DNA of 43,273 nucleotides from an uncultured Planctomycetales bacterium (lineage in GTDB: Bacteria > Omnitrophota > Gorgyraeia > Gygaellales > Profunditerraquicolaceae): assembly GCA_964456925.1 (NCBI GenBank), contig CAYWCX010000003.1, forward strand, positions 1 to 43,273, written 5' to 3'. A program made the position numbers and the translations under genes. Each line of letters starts with the position of its first letter. The stretch's first letter is position 1. The notes beneath the pieces were generated by a model. The model ran no database searches. It saw only the letters and a program-made list of their open reading frames with translations, and was not told where the DNA came from. This document shows positions 1 to 9,952 of the stretch, piece by piece.

Positions 1-1022
<1,022 letters not shown>

Positions 1023-1050
1023 GCCCTATCCTTATAGGGCGCCTATTTTT
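1023..1050 (+). terminator. Rho-independent terminator candidate after gdhA
   Basis: GCCCTAT (1023-1029) pairs with ATAGGGC (1034-1040) around a CCTT loop. A T-run at 1046-1050 follows, directly after the gdhA stop. Confidence 0.6.
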
Positions 1051-1171
1051 CTAGTACAGGCGCCCTTTGTCTGGATTATCCCCCGGATATTCTAAAAATT
1101 TAATTGCATAACTGCCGCTTAGGCAGTAAAATGGATTATTATAAACTGCGTTCCAATCAGAAGGAGATAAA

Positions 1172-1333
1172 ATGGTAGAAAGGTCTGAATTTAAAGGCAA
1201 GCCGGTGATTATCTTAAGGCGCGATGCCGAGGACAAATTTCCCTTTTCCTTCGGCGTAGGCAAGGCAAGGTTAATATTAGAGAACCTTGAAGAGATAAAG
1301 AAGTTCGTGGAAGAAAACAGCACCACTGCTTAA
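1172..1333 (+). CDS. Small hypothetical protein (53 aa) missing from the 60-aa ORF track; faint PC4/YdbC-like ssDNA-binding flavour
   Basis: ATG 1172 is preceded by AAGGAG (1161-1166) with a 5-nt spacer. The translation is MVERSEFKGKPVIILRRDAEDKFPFSFGVGKARLILENLEEIKKFVEENSTTA, ending at TAA 1331-1333. The competing minus ORF 1051..1326 has no start signal and is low complexity. Confidence 0.6.
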   Translation: MVERSEFKGKPVIILRRDAEDKFPFSFGVGKARLILENLEEIKKFVEENSTTA

Positions 1334-1395
1334 TATCTTTAACGCGCCCGCCAAATCATAGGTAATTGCCACCGTAATTAATCTGCGGAGAAAAA

Positions 1396-2790
1396 ATGCG
1401 TCCGAGCATAAAATTCCTGGGCGGGGTGCGCACCGTTACCGGTTCCAGCCATCTGGTTTCTACCGGGAAATCCCGGGTGCTGCTTGACGCCGGCCTCTTC
1501 CAGGGGCACCGCCAGGAATTCTACGACGTAAATACCACCTTCAGTTACAATCCCCGCAAACTCGATGCCTTAGTCCTCTCACACGCCCATCTCGACCATT
1601 GCGGCAATATCCCGACCCTCTTAAAAATCGGGATGCGCGCTAAGATCTACGCCACTTCCGCGACCAAGGATTTATGCGAACTGATGCTGAGGGATTCCGG
1701 CAAGATTCAGGAAGAGGACGTGGAATATATCAATAAGATTAATAAGCGGCTGGGCCTGCCGTTTTTGCGCAAGCCCCTTTATACCCAGGCTGAGGCGCGC
1801 AAGGCCATCAAGAGATTCCATTCTCTTGCCTACGGCAGGGAGTTCCGTTTAGCCAAGGATATTTTTGTTACCCTCAATGATGCCGGGCACATCCTCGGTT
1901 CGAGTACCATTGTTTTGGATATTAAAAGCGATAGCAGCGGGATTCGTTTAGGTTATGCGGTGGATTTAGGAAGGAAAGACCTGCCTATTATCGAGGACCC
2001 GGTTGTCCCCGAAGGGCTTGATTACCTCGTTTTAGAGAGTACCTACGGCGGCAGGGTGCATCCTCCCATTGAAGAGGCGAAGAGCAAGCTTCGGGAAGTA
2101 GTAATACGCACTGTCAGCCGCCAGGGCAAAATCATTATACCCTCATTTACCCTGGAGCGCGCCCAGGAGGTGGTATATTTCTTAAACGAGCTTTTAAAGG
2201 AGAGAGCCATCCCTGCCATACCTATGTATGTGGACAGCCCCCTGGCTACCGATATCACCGATACCTTCAAGTACCACAGCGCCTATTTTAATCAGGAGGT
2301 CCGCCAGGCCAGTGCCGGCGGCAGGAGCCCTTTTGAATCCATCCACCTTACTTATATCCGCGACCAACAGCAATCCAAGGCGCTCAATCACGACCACCGG
2401 CCGATGATTATTATTGCCGGCTCCGGGATGTGCGAGTCCGGCCGCATCCTGCACCACCTTAAGAATAATATCGAGGATTCCCGCAATACCATCCTGGTAG
2501 TGGGTTATATGGCCAAGAACACCCTCGGCAGAAGGATAGTGGAGAAAGAGCGCTATGTGCGTATCTTCGGGGCGGAATATGAACTTAATGCCGAGGTAGC
2601 GGTGATGAATGCCCTCTCCGGCCATGCCGATAAAACTGAACTGCTGGATTTCGTAAAACGATGCCTTCCTTTAAAACGCATCTTCCTGGTGCACGGCGAC
2701 GAAGACCAAACCCAGAGCCTTGCGGATGCGCTCTCTAGCCAGGGCGTTAATGTGCATATGCCTTTTAAGGACGAAGAGGTCGTCCTTTAA
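1396..2790 (+). CDS. MBL-fold metallo-hydrolase, beta-CASP RNA-processing nuclease family (RNase J / CPSF-like)
   Basis: HAHLDHCG (HxHxDH) zinc motif. The length and the C-terminal LSGHAD and LVHGD motifs are typical of beta-CASP nucleases. Confidence 0.85.
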   Translation: MRPSIKFLGGVRTVTGSSHLVSTGKSRVLLDAGLFQGHRQEFYDVNTTFSYNPRKLDALVLSHAHLDHCGNIPTLLKIGMRAKIYATSATKDLCELMLRDSGKIQEEDVEYINKINKRLGLPFLRKPLYTQAEARKAIKRFHSLAYGREFRLAKDIFVTLNDAGHILGSSTIVLDIKSDSSGIRLGYAVDLGRKDLPIIEDPVVPEGLDYLVLESTYGGRVHPPIEEAKSKLREVVIRTVSRQGKIIIPSFTLERAQEVVYFLNELLKERAIPAIPMYVDSPLATDITDTFKYHSAYFNQEVRQASAGGRSPFESIHLTYIRDQQQSKALNHDHRPMIIIAGSGMCESGRILHHLKNNIEDSRNTILVVGYMAKNTLGRRIVEKERYVRIFGAEYELNAEVAVMNALSGHADKTELLDFVKRCLPLKRIFLVHGDEDQTQSLADALSSQGVNVHMPFKDEEVVL

Positions 2791-2860
2791 GGACGGTTCT
2801 TGAGTCCGCTATAAGGTGTCCCCGTAAGGGGACACCTTTGCTTTGAGTTCAGAACCGTCC
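2791..2860 (+). terminator. Nested long hairpin / terminator after the beta-CASP gene
   Basis: Inner stem AAGGTGTCCCC (2813-2823), loop GTAA, GGGGACACCTT (2828-2838), followed by TTTGCTTT. Outer stem GGACGGTTCT (2791-2800) pairs with AGAACCGTCC (2851-2860). Confidence 0.7.
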
Positions 2861-2917
2861 CTATTGCATAAGACGGCATTATATGATATAGTTATCCAAA
2901 AATAAGGAGGTTTCAAA

Positions 2918-3169
2918 ATGGCAGGAGGTTTTTCCACACCGAAAAAGGATAAGATGATTAAGGTCGGCGGCGGCGAGCTGGTGCAGACCGGCCAGATCTT
3001 AAGCCGCGGCATCAATACCTACCGCGCAGGCGCTAACGTAAAAGGCATTGCCACTCTTCAGGCCCTTTGCGCCGGCAGGGTTTATTTTACCAAAAAGAAG
3101 ACCCCCCGCGGCAGGCCGCGCACCTTTATCAATATCATGCCGCAGAAGAAACAGGCCGTTAAGCCGTAA
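2918..3169 (+). CDS. rpmA: 50S ribosomal protein L27, divergent
   Basis: AAGGAGG RBS upstream. The core GGGELVQTGQILSRG..YRAGANVKG..LQALCAGRVYF aligns by eye with the E. coli L27 segment [44 protein letters not shown]. The N-terminus is shortened and diverged. Confidence 0.75.
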   Translation: MAGGFSTPKKDKMIKVGGGELVQTGQILSRGINTYRAGANVKGIATLQALCAGRVYFTKKKTPRGRPRTFINIMPQKKQAVKP

Positions 3170-3174
3170 TCACA

Positions 3175-4290
3175 ATGGCAGGTGAGTCCAGGGAAGCCCT
3201 ATCAAGCCGCGCAGCACGTTACGCGACCGTCAGGTATATCCTGGCGATTATTGACATAGCGTATCTGGCAGCGCTGCTGGTGATTTTTCTCGCCCTGGGC
3301 GCATCTCTTAAGTTATCCTCGGCAATCTCCCGTATTAACCCGAATAGCGCTATCGTATTTTTGTTGTATCTGGCGGCGCTTTTGGCAATTTACTCCTTAT
3401 TGGAGTTTCCTTTGAATTTCTACCGTTCCTTCGTGGTAGAGCACCGTTTCGGCCTTTCGCGGCAGAAATTTCAAGACTGGTTTCTGGACCAGCTCAAAAG
3501 CGCAGGCATTGCTTATATTATCGCCGCCGTAACCTTCGGGGCTTTTTATTATCTTTTAAGGCGCTATCCTGCTACCTGGTGGGTTATGGCAGCGGCCTTC
3601 TGGCTGTTTTTTAACCTTATCTTGGCAAAGATATTTCCTCTCGTTATCCTGCCGCTATTCTTTAAATACCGCCGCTTAACCGACGAGAACTTAAAGCAAC
3701 GTATCCTGGAATTGGCAAAAAAATTACAGCTTCGGATAGTCGATGTCTTTGAAATAGATTTCAGCAGAAAGACCCATAAGGCCAACGCTGCCCTGGCGGG
3801 CTGGGGCTCAAGCCGCAGGGTGATACTGGCGGATACCCTCAAGGATAAATACACCAACGATGAGATTGCGGTAATCCTGGCGCATGAGTTGTCGCATTAT
3901 AAATTAAGGCACCTTTTTAAAATAGCGGCAATAAATTCCGCAACTACGCTTTTGGCTTTCTATCTGATATTCAGAGGTAGCACTTACCTGACGGCTTTAT
4001 TCGGACTGGGGGCGCTGACGGATATCGCCAGCCTTCCGCTTATTATCCTCTGCCTTGTGCTTTTCGGTATTATCGCCGCGCCCCTGGAGAATTATTTCAG
4101 CCGCCGGATGGAGAGGAACGCCGACAGGTTAGCGCTCAAGACCGTCGGGGATAAAGAGGCCTTTATCGCAACGATGGATAAACTCGCCTCCCAGAACCTC
4201 GCGGACAGGAAGCCGCACCCGGTCATTAAATTTTTCTTTTTCGACCATCCGCCGATTGACGAACGCATTGAGATGGCCAGAAATTTTTAA
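3175..4290 (+). CDS. M48 family (Ste24/HtpX-like) integral-membrane zinc metalloprotease
   Basis: HELSH (HExxH) motif, a downstream ERNAD glutamate motif, several N-terminal hydrophobic helices, and the Ste24-like segment KANAALAGWGSSRRVILADTL. Confidence 0.85.
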   Translation: MAGESREALSSRAARYATVRYILAIIDIAYLAALLVIFLALGASLKLSSAISRINPNSAIVFLLYLAALLAIYSLLEFPLNFYRSFVVEHRFGLSRQKFQDWFLDQLKSAGIAYIIAAVTFGAFYYLLRRYPATWWVMAAAFWLFFNLILAKIFPLVILPLFFKYRRLTDENLKQRILELAKKLQLRIVDVFEIDFSRKTHKANAALAGWGSSRRVILADTLKDKYTNDEIAVILAHELSHYKLRHLFKIAAINSATTLLAFYLIFRGSTYLTALFGLGALTDIASLPLIILCLVLFGIIAAPLENYFSRRMERNADRLALKTVGDKEAFIATMDKLASQNLADRKPHPVIKFFFFDHPPIDERIEMARNF

Positions 4291-4305
4291 TAGGCGAGGG
4301 GCAAG

Positions 4306-4959
4306 ATGGATATACCAAAGAGTAAATCCTTGAAGGGCATTGAGGAAAAGATGCAGGGGCTGGAGAGCGGTTCTTTAAGGTACCAGGTCTTAGAGAGCGC
4401 TAAAAATTTCAAGGCCTCCTGGATCGCGCTGGGCCGGGCATTATATACGGTATATAAGGATAAACTCTATAAGGAATGGGGTTATAACAGTTTTGACGCC
4501 TACGCCGGCCGCGAGATAGGCATCCGCAAACAAACCGCGCTGAAACTGCTGCGTTCCTATTATTTTCTGGAAAAGGAAGAACCCGCTTATCTTAAAGAGG
4601 AGTATGTTACCTCAAGCCCTGCTGTCGCTGTCCCCGGTTATGAAGCCGTCGACCTTTTGCGCCTGGCAAAGAATAAAAAAAGCCTCGACGAGGAAGATTA
4701 CAGCCGCCTCAAAAGAGAAATATTCGAGAAAGGGCGCGACCACCGCGAAATCAGAAAAGACCTTAGCGCGCTGATACGCCAGAGGCAGGAACTGGAACCC
4801 GAAGAGGCCTATCATAAAAAGAAGCTCGGCACCGTAAAAAGATTCTTAGGCACCCTTAAATCCCTGCACCGCGAAATGGAAAGCACCAAGATGGTTTCCG
4901 CCAGCCTTATCAAAGAGACCGCCCAACTCATCAAGAAACTGGAAAGCGAAATAACCTAG
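4306..4959 (+). CDS. Hypothetical protein; possible HTH DNA-binding N-terminal half and charged coiled-coil-like C-terminal half
   Basis: Clean ORF convergent with lpxB. The segment GYNSFDAYAGREIGIRKQTALKLLRSY looks like a helix-turn-helix. No family was recognised by eye. Confidence 0.6.
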   Translation: MDIPKSKSLKGIEEKMQGLESGSLRYQVLESAKNFKASWIALGRALYTVYKDKLYKEWGYNSFDAYAGREIGIRKQTALKLLRSYYFLEKEEPAYLKEEYVTSSPAVAVPGYEAVDLLRLAKNKKSLDEEDYSRLKREIFEKGRDHREIRKDLSALIRQRQELEPEEAYHKKKLGTVKRFLGTLKSLHREMESTKMVSASLIKETAQLIKKLESEIT

Positions 4960-6098
4960 AGGGTTGCGAGGAAATTCAGGATAATCTCGGCAGCACGCTT
5001 GCTGGCTCCTTTTTCTCCGAGGAGGGCGCTGACGCCGAGGAGTTCCCGGTGTAGGCTTTCTGATGCGGCAGGATCCTTTAATACCCTGAGCGCTTCGCGG
5101 GCTATTCTTGCGGGGGTGGCCTGGAACTGGATGAATTCCCGCACTATTCTTTTACCCGCCACGATATTAACCATCGCAATATAAGGCACCCTTACCTGCG
5201 GCAGGTAGAGCAGAAAGTTCAGTAGGCTCATCTTGTAAACCACGGCAAAGGGTTTGGCAAGAATCGCAGTTTCCAGGGTCGCGGTGCCGGAGCATACCAG
5301 ATTGAAGTCCGCGGCATTAAGGCAATCGTAGGTTTCTCCTTCCGCTATCATCGCCTCTAAATTCGCTGCTTTTAGTTTATCCTGATAGATATCCAAATCC
5401 AGTTGCGGGACCTTGGCGATGACGAACTGGACTCGGGGTAACTCCTTTTTGACAATGCGGCCGGTACCGAGCATTACGGGGAGTATTTTTTCCACTTCCT
5501 GGCGGCGCGAGCCGGGCAATAGCGCTACGATAGGCCGGTCGTGTTTGAGATTTAAGGCGTCGCAGAATTCTTTTTTGGAAAACAGCGGTTTTACGATATC
5601 AAGCAGCGGATGCCCCGCAAATTCCGCTGCCACGCCGTAGCGCCGGTAGAGTTCCTTTTCAAAGGCAAAGAGCACTACCATTTTGGAGATATATTTTTGA
5701 ATGGTTTTTATCCTGCCGCGCCGGGAAGCCCAAACCTGCGGGCTGACGTAATAAATTACCGGCAGTTTTTTGTTGATTGATTTGGCAAGCCTTAGGTTAA
5801 AACCCGAAAAATCTACCAGGATTATGGCGTCGGGTTTTTCCAAACTTATTTTTTTCAGGATGAGGTTTTTCAGGGCAATAAAACGGGGAAGTTTTTTTAA
5901 GGCGTCGAAAAACCCCATTACCGCCAGCCCTTTGATATCGTAAAAGATATCGGCGCCTGCCTGCCGCAGGAGGTCTGCGCCTACGGCAGAGATTTTAAGG
6001 AGGGGGTCGCGTTCTTTAAGCGCCCGGGTAAGTCCGGAGGCATTCAATTCTCCGGAGGGCTCTCCGCAGATAATAAAAAGATGTTTTATCCGTGCCAT
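4956..6098 (-). CDS. lpxB: Lipid-A-disaccharide synthase
   Basis: N-terminal IICGEPSGELNASGL and YYVSPQVWASRRGRIK match LpxB signature regions. Length 380 aa. Confidence 0.9.
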   Translation of the reverse strand: MARIKHLFIICGEPSGELNASGLTRALKERDPLLKISAVGADLLRQAGADIFYDIKGLAVMGFFDALKKLPRFIALKNLILKKISLEKPDAIILVDFSGFNLRLAKSINKKLPVIYYVSPQVWASRRGRIKTIQKYISKMVVLFAFEKELYRRYGVAAEFAGHPLLDIVKPLFSKKEFCDALNLKHDRPIVALLPGSRRQEVEKILPVMLGTGRIVKKELPRVQFVIAKVPQLDLDIYQDKLKAANLEAMIAEGETYDCLNAADFNLVCSGTATLETAILAKPFAVVYKMSLLNFLLYLPQVRVPYIAMVNIVAGKRIVREFIQFQATPARIAREALRVLKDPAASESLHRELLGVSALLGEKGASKRAAEIILNFLATL

Positions 6099-7015
6099 AT
6101 CTGACGCTGGATTTTCAAAGCCACTGCCAGGGCCTGGCGCGCTACCTCGCCGGATACCAGGGGAGTTTTGCCGTTGATAACGCAGTCCACGAATGAGGCA
6201 AGTTCTTTTTTGAGGGGCTGCTCTTTTTCGATGGGTAAGGACTCTTTAGTGATGCCGCCGGCCGCTTTATTATAAATAAAGGCCTCTTCGTTTTTGTAAT
6301 CCAGCGAGATGTAAGCGTTTTTTAAAAAGATGCGGATCTTGCGCATCCCTTCCTCCGAGACGCGGCTGGCAGTGAGGTTAGCGACGCAGCCGTTTTTAAA
6401 GGTCAACCTGACATTGGCGATATCTTCCAGAGGAGTAAGTACCGGTATGCCCACGGCATCGATTTTTTTCAGGGGCGAATTCACCAGCCCCAGCACGATA
6501 TCGATATCGTGAATCATCAAGTCCAGGACCACTCCGATGTCCAGGGAGCGGTTGGGGAAGGGGCTTAGGCGATGGCATTCGATGAAGCGCGGGTCTTTGA
6601 TGAGCCTTTGGGTGGCAGCGAACGCCGAGTTAAATCTTTCTACGTGGCCGACCTGCAGGGGGAGCTGGTTCCTTTTGGCCAGCCGGATAAGGTCGTCTGC
6701 TTCTTTAAGATTAGTGGTGAAGGGTTTTTCTACCAGCGTTGCGATACCGCGCCGCAGGAACTCGCGGGAAATCTGGTAATGCAGCTTAGTCGGGGTAACG
6801 ATGCTGACAGCATCAACCTTGCCGAAGAGCTGGCGGTAGTCGGCATAGCCGGCAACGCCGAACTCGCGGGATAACTCCTCCAGCCGCGGTTTGTCAAGGT
6901 CGCAGATGGCGGCAAGAGCGCAGTCTTCAATCTCGCGGTAAAGACGGGCGTGCCTTTCTCCTAAATGCCCGGTGCCGACAACCCCCACCCTTAATTTTTG
7001 CATACTCAAAATCAT
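6086..7015 (-). CDS. Gfo/Idh/MocA family NAD-dependent oxidoreductase; possible UDP-GlcNAc 3-dehydrogenase (GnnA-like) from context
   Basis: N-terminal Rossmann motif VGVVGTGHLGERH and an EKP motif (LVEKPF). It overlaps lpxB by 13 nt, which suggests co-translation. Confidence 0.8.
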   Translation of the reverse strand: MILSMQKLRVGVVGTGHLGERHARLYREIEDCALAAICDLDKPRLEELSREFGVAGYADYRQLFGKVDAVSIVTPTKLHYQISREFLRRGIATLVEKPFTTNLKEADDLIRLAKRNQLPLQVGHVERFNSAFAATQRLIKDPRFIECHRLSPFPNRSLDIGVVLDLMIHDIDIVLGLVNSPLKKIDAVGIPVLTPLEDIANVRLTFKNGCVANLTASRVSEEGMRKIRIFLKNAYISLDYKNEEAFIYNKAAGGITKESLPIEKEQPLKKELASFVDCVINGKTPLVSGEVARQALAVALKIQRQIWHG

Positions 7016-7066
7016 AGCAGACTACTTAACCGCTTGCAACTAAAATCTTATGAATCAATTTCAGGC

Positions 7067-7095
7067 TCGACAAAAGAAGGCCGGTATGGTATTAT
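7067..7095 (+). promoter_or_regulatory. Sigma70-like promoter for msbA, apparently giving a leaderless mRNA
   Basis: -35 TCGACA (7067-7072), 17-nt spacer, -10 TATTAT (7090-7095). The ATG at 7103 lies 7 nt after the -10 and has no Shine-Dalgarno. Confidence 0.5.
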
Positions 7096-7102
7096 ACACC
7101 CT

Positions 7103-8896
7103 ATGCGCGATTACCTGAAGTTATTGCGGTTTGTGAAGCCCTACCTGCCTTTGTTCGGCCTGGCCGGCATCTGCATGGTTTTCTCCGCCTTATTCGACGG
7201 GGTATCCCTGGCAATGATTGTGCCCCTCGCAGATAAGGTGCTCACCAATAAAAGGATTATCATCCCCGCAAAACTGCCGCCCCTGTTAAATAATCTGGTC
7301 GAGACCTTAAATAACACCTCCCCGGCGGTGCTTTTGAACTATCTGGCGATAGGGATCCTGGTTTTATTCGTCCTCAAAGGCCTGCTCACATTTCTCCAGA
7401 GTTACTTTATGTCGGACATCGGGCAGCGGGTGGTGCGGGATATCAAATTGCGTCTCTACGATAAAATCCAGACCCTGTCTCTGGATTATTTTACCCATAA
7501 GCGCGCCGGAGAGCTTATCTCGCGTATTACCAACGACGTCAAACTTGTGGAAAACGCCGTTTCCTACGGTTCTACCGACCTCATCTATCAGGGGCTGCAG
7601 GTGGCGTTATTTACTTTTCTGATTTTTTTCATCCATCCCCGTCTGGCGCTCATCTCGCTGGTGCTGTTGCCGTTAATCAGCCTGCCCATCGTTAAGGTGG
7701 GTAAGGTGTTGAGGAAACTGTCGCACCGCAGCCAGGAGAAGATGGCCGACCTCAATTCGCTTCTCTACGAGACGATCCTGGGGGTGCGTATCGTGCGGGC
7801 TTTCAATATGGAAGATTATGAAATCAAGAAATTTAACACCGTCAACCAGGGGTATTACAAGGTCGCGATGAAGTCCGTTAAGCGCATGCTTTTGCTAAGC
7901 CCGGTCACGGAATTCCTCGGGGCGATTGCCGGAGTATTCGTCTTTTTTTGGGCGGGCCGGGACGTGATTGCCGGAAGGTTATCCTTCGGGATATTCGGGC
8001 TCTTTCTGGGTTCACTCTTGTCGCTGGTGCGGCCTTTTAAGAAGCTCAGTCAGGTCAACGCCCTTAACGAACAGGCAGCAGCTGCCAGTCAGCGTATTTA
8101 CGAAGTCCTGGATACGACTTCAAGCGTCCTGGAGAAACCGCAGGCGCGGGTATTAAGCGGCTTCAAGGAAAACATTATTTTTGATGGTGTGTGGTTTAGT
8201 TATGCCGAACAGGACATTTTGAAAGGGATAAACCTCGAGATTAGAAAAGGGGAAGTCCTGGCTATCGTCGGGCCCAGCGGCGCGGGTAAATCCACCCTGG
8301 TGGACCTCATCCCGCGTTTTTACGACCCTAAAAAAGGCAGTATTCTCATTGATGGGGTGGATATCCGGGATTTCAGTTTAAGTTCGCTGCGCCAACAGAT
8401 CGGCATCGTTACCCAGGAGACCATCCTTTTTAATGACACTATCCGGGCTAACATCGCCTACGGCAAGCCCGATACCCCGATAAAAGATATTGAGGCAGCC
8501 GCGATGCAGGCGCACGCCCATGATTTTATCCAGCACCTGCCGGCGGGTTACGACACCATGATTGGCGACCGCGGGATGAAGCTTTCCGGGGGTGAGCGCC
8601 AGAGGATTGCCATTGCGCGGGCGCTTTTGAAAAATCCGCCCATCCTGATACTGGATGAGGCTACCTCCCAGCTGGATACGGAATCCGAACGCATCGTGCA
8701 GGAGGCGATTGATAAATTGATTCGGGGCCGTACCGTTCTGGTAGTTGCCCACCGGCTTTCTACCATCTGCAACGCCCACAAGATTATCGTGCTGGATAAC
8801 GGCAGCCTCGTGGAGCAGGGTAACCATAAGGAATTGCTGGGGAAAAACGGCCTTTATAGCCGCCTTTATGAGGTTCAGGCTCTAAAAAGAGATTAA
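7103..8896 (+). CDS. msbA: Lipid A / lipid export ABC transporter, fused permease and ATPase (MsbA-like)
   Basis: Six-helix TMD followed by an NBD with Walker A GPSGAGKST, signature LSGGERQR and Walker B ILILDEATS. The start was moved from 6998 to ATG 7103 (MRDYLKLLRFVKPYLP) to remove the overlap with the divergent gene. Confidence 0.88.
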   Translation: MRDYLKLLRFVKPYLPLFGLAGICMVFSALFDGVSLAMIVPLADKVLTNKRIIIPAKLPPLLNNLVETLNNTSPAVLLNYLAIGILVLFVLKGLLTFLQSYFMSDIGQRVVRDIKLRLYDKIQTLSLDYFTHKRAGELISRITNDVKLVENAVSYGSTDLIYQGLQVALFTFLIFFIHPRLALISLVLLPLISLPIVKVGKVLRKLSHRSQEKMADLNSLLYETILGVRIVRAFNMEDYEIKKFNTVNQGYYKVAMKSVKRMLLLSPVTEFLGAIAGVFVFFWAGRDVIAGRLSFGIFGLFLGSLLSLVRPFKKLSQVNALNEQAAAASQRIYEVLDTTSSVLEKPQARVLSGFKENIIFDGVWFSYAEQDILKGINLEIRKGEVLAIVGPSGAGKSTLVDLIPRFYDPKKGSILIDGVDIRDFSLSSLRQQIGIVTQETILFNDTIRANIAYGKPDTPIKDIEAAAMQAHAHDFIQHLPAGYDTMIGDRGMKLSGGERQRIAIARALLKNPPILILDEATSQLDTESERIVQEAIDKLIRGRTVLVVAHRLSTICNAHKIIVLDNGSLVEQGNHKELLGKNGLYSRLYEVQALKRD

Positions 8897-8976
8897 AACC
8901 GGCCAAACAGGTCTTTTCCTGCCTTAAATCTGCAATAAAATGAAGCAAAATAGCCCCATAAAGTTAAAATTATATA

Positions 8977-9004
8977 TTGCATTATAATAGATTTATGGTA
9001 TATT
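8977..9004 (+). promoter_or_regulatory. Sigma70-like promoter candidate upstream of rpsB
   Basis: -35 TTGCAT (8977-8982), 16-nt spacer, -10 TATATT (8999-9004), in an AT-rich intergenic region. Confidence 0.45.
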
Positions 9005-9049
9005 AGGTTTTTATCTCATTTAATTAAGAAAATGAAAGGGGGAGTTTAA

Positions 9050-9916
9050 TTGTCTCTAGAGCTAATCAAACAATTTTTGGAAGCAGGGGTGCATTTCGGC
9101 CACAGGACTTCGCGCTGGAACCCCAAGATGAAGAGGTTTATCTTCGGTAAAAGAAGCGGTATTTATATCATTGATTTAGAGAAGACCGCTGCCGCCTTGG
9201 AGAAAGCTAGGGAATTCTTGCGGGAGATTACCTCCAAGGGCGAACCGGTGTTGTTTGTGGGGACTAAAAAGCAGGCCCAGGATGTAGTTCTCCAGGAGGC
9301 AGGCCGTTGCGGGATGCATTACGTTACCGAGCGCTGGCCAGGGGGGCTGCTGACCAATTTTTCGACCATAAAGAAGAGGATTACGCGCTTGCAGGATATC
9401 GAAAGGATGCGGGAGGACGGCACTTTCGTGAAGTTAACCAAAAAAGAGGTGGCGCGCCTGGAAAAGGAGCTCTTCAAGTTAAAGAAAAATTTCGGCGGTA
9501 TCGTCCATATGGAAGAGATGCCGGGGGCGATATTTATCGTGGATACCAAGAAGGAATCTACGGCGGTAGATGAGGCCAGGCGCCTGGGTATCCCGATCGT
9601 AGGCCTTATCGATACCAACGGCAACCCGGATATTATCGATTATCCCATACCCGGCAATGACGATGCTACCAAATCCGTGCGGCTCATTACCAGTATCATT
9701 GCGGATACGGTTATCGAAGGCAGGAAGAAATTCCTTTCTTATTTGTCGGAGAGCGGGGTAGCGCTTAAGCCCAAGGAGGAGGAAGCGGCGGCAATCTTGC
9801 CGGATGAGGAAGTCAAGATTAAAGAGGTTGAGGAGATCGTGGAAGAAGCAGCGCCCGAAGACGAAGATTCCAAGCGCCCCAGGAAGAGGGCACACCCTAA
9901 ACGCACCACCGCATAA
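9050..9916 (+). CDS. rpsB: 30S ribosomal protein S2 with a charged C-terminal extension
   Basis: TTG start at 9050 with a GGGGGAG RBS at 9038-9044. The translation LEAGVHFGHRTSRWNPKMKRFIFGKRSGIYIIDL is canonical S2. Confidence 0.95.
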   Translation: MSLELIKQFLEAGVHFGHRTSRWNPKMKRFIFGKRSGIYIIDLEKTAAALEKAREFLREITSKGEPVLFVGTKKQAQDVVLQEAGRCGMHYVTERWPGGLLTNFSTIKKRITRLQDIERMREDGTFVKLTKKEVARLEKELFKLKKNFGGIVHMEEMPGAIFIVDTKKESTAVDEARRLGIPIVGLIDTNGNPDIIDYPIPGNDDATKSVRLITSIIADTVIEGRKKFLSYLSESGVALKPKEEEAAAILPDEEVKIKEVEEIVEEAAPEDEDSKRPRKRAHPKRTTA

Positions 9917-9952
9917 TTCAAACCTAAAAGACAGGAAAGGTAAAGGTCGGCA

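Noticed and set aside
6998-7102. Longer msbA start at 6998 given by the ORF track
   Set aside because: It would overlap the divergent oxidoreductase start and adds 35 residues with no MsbA-like character. ATG 7103 sits right behind a good promoter.
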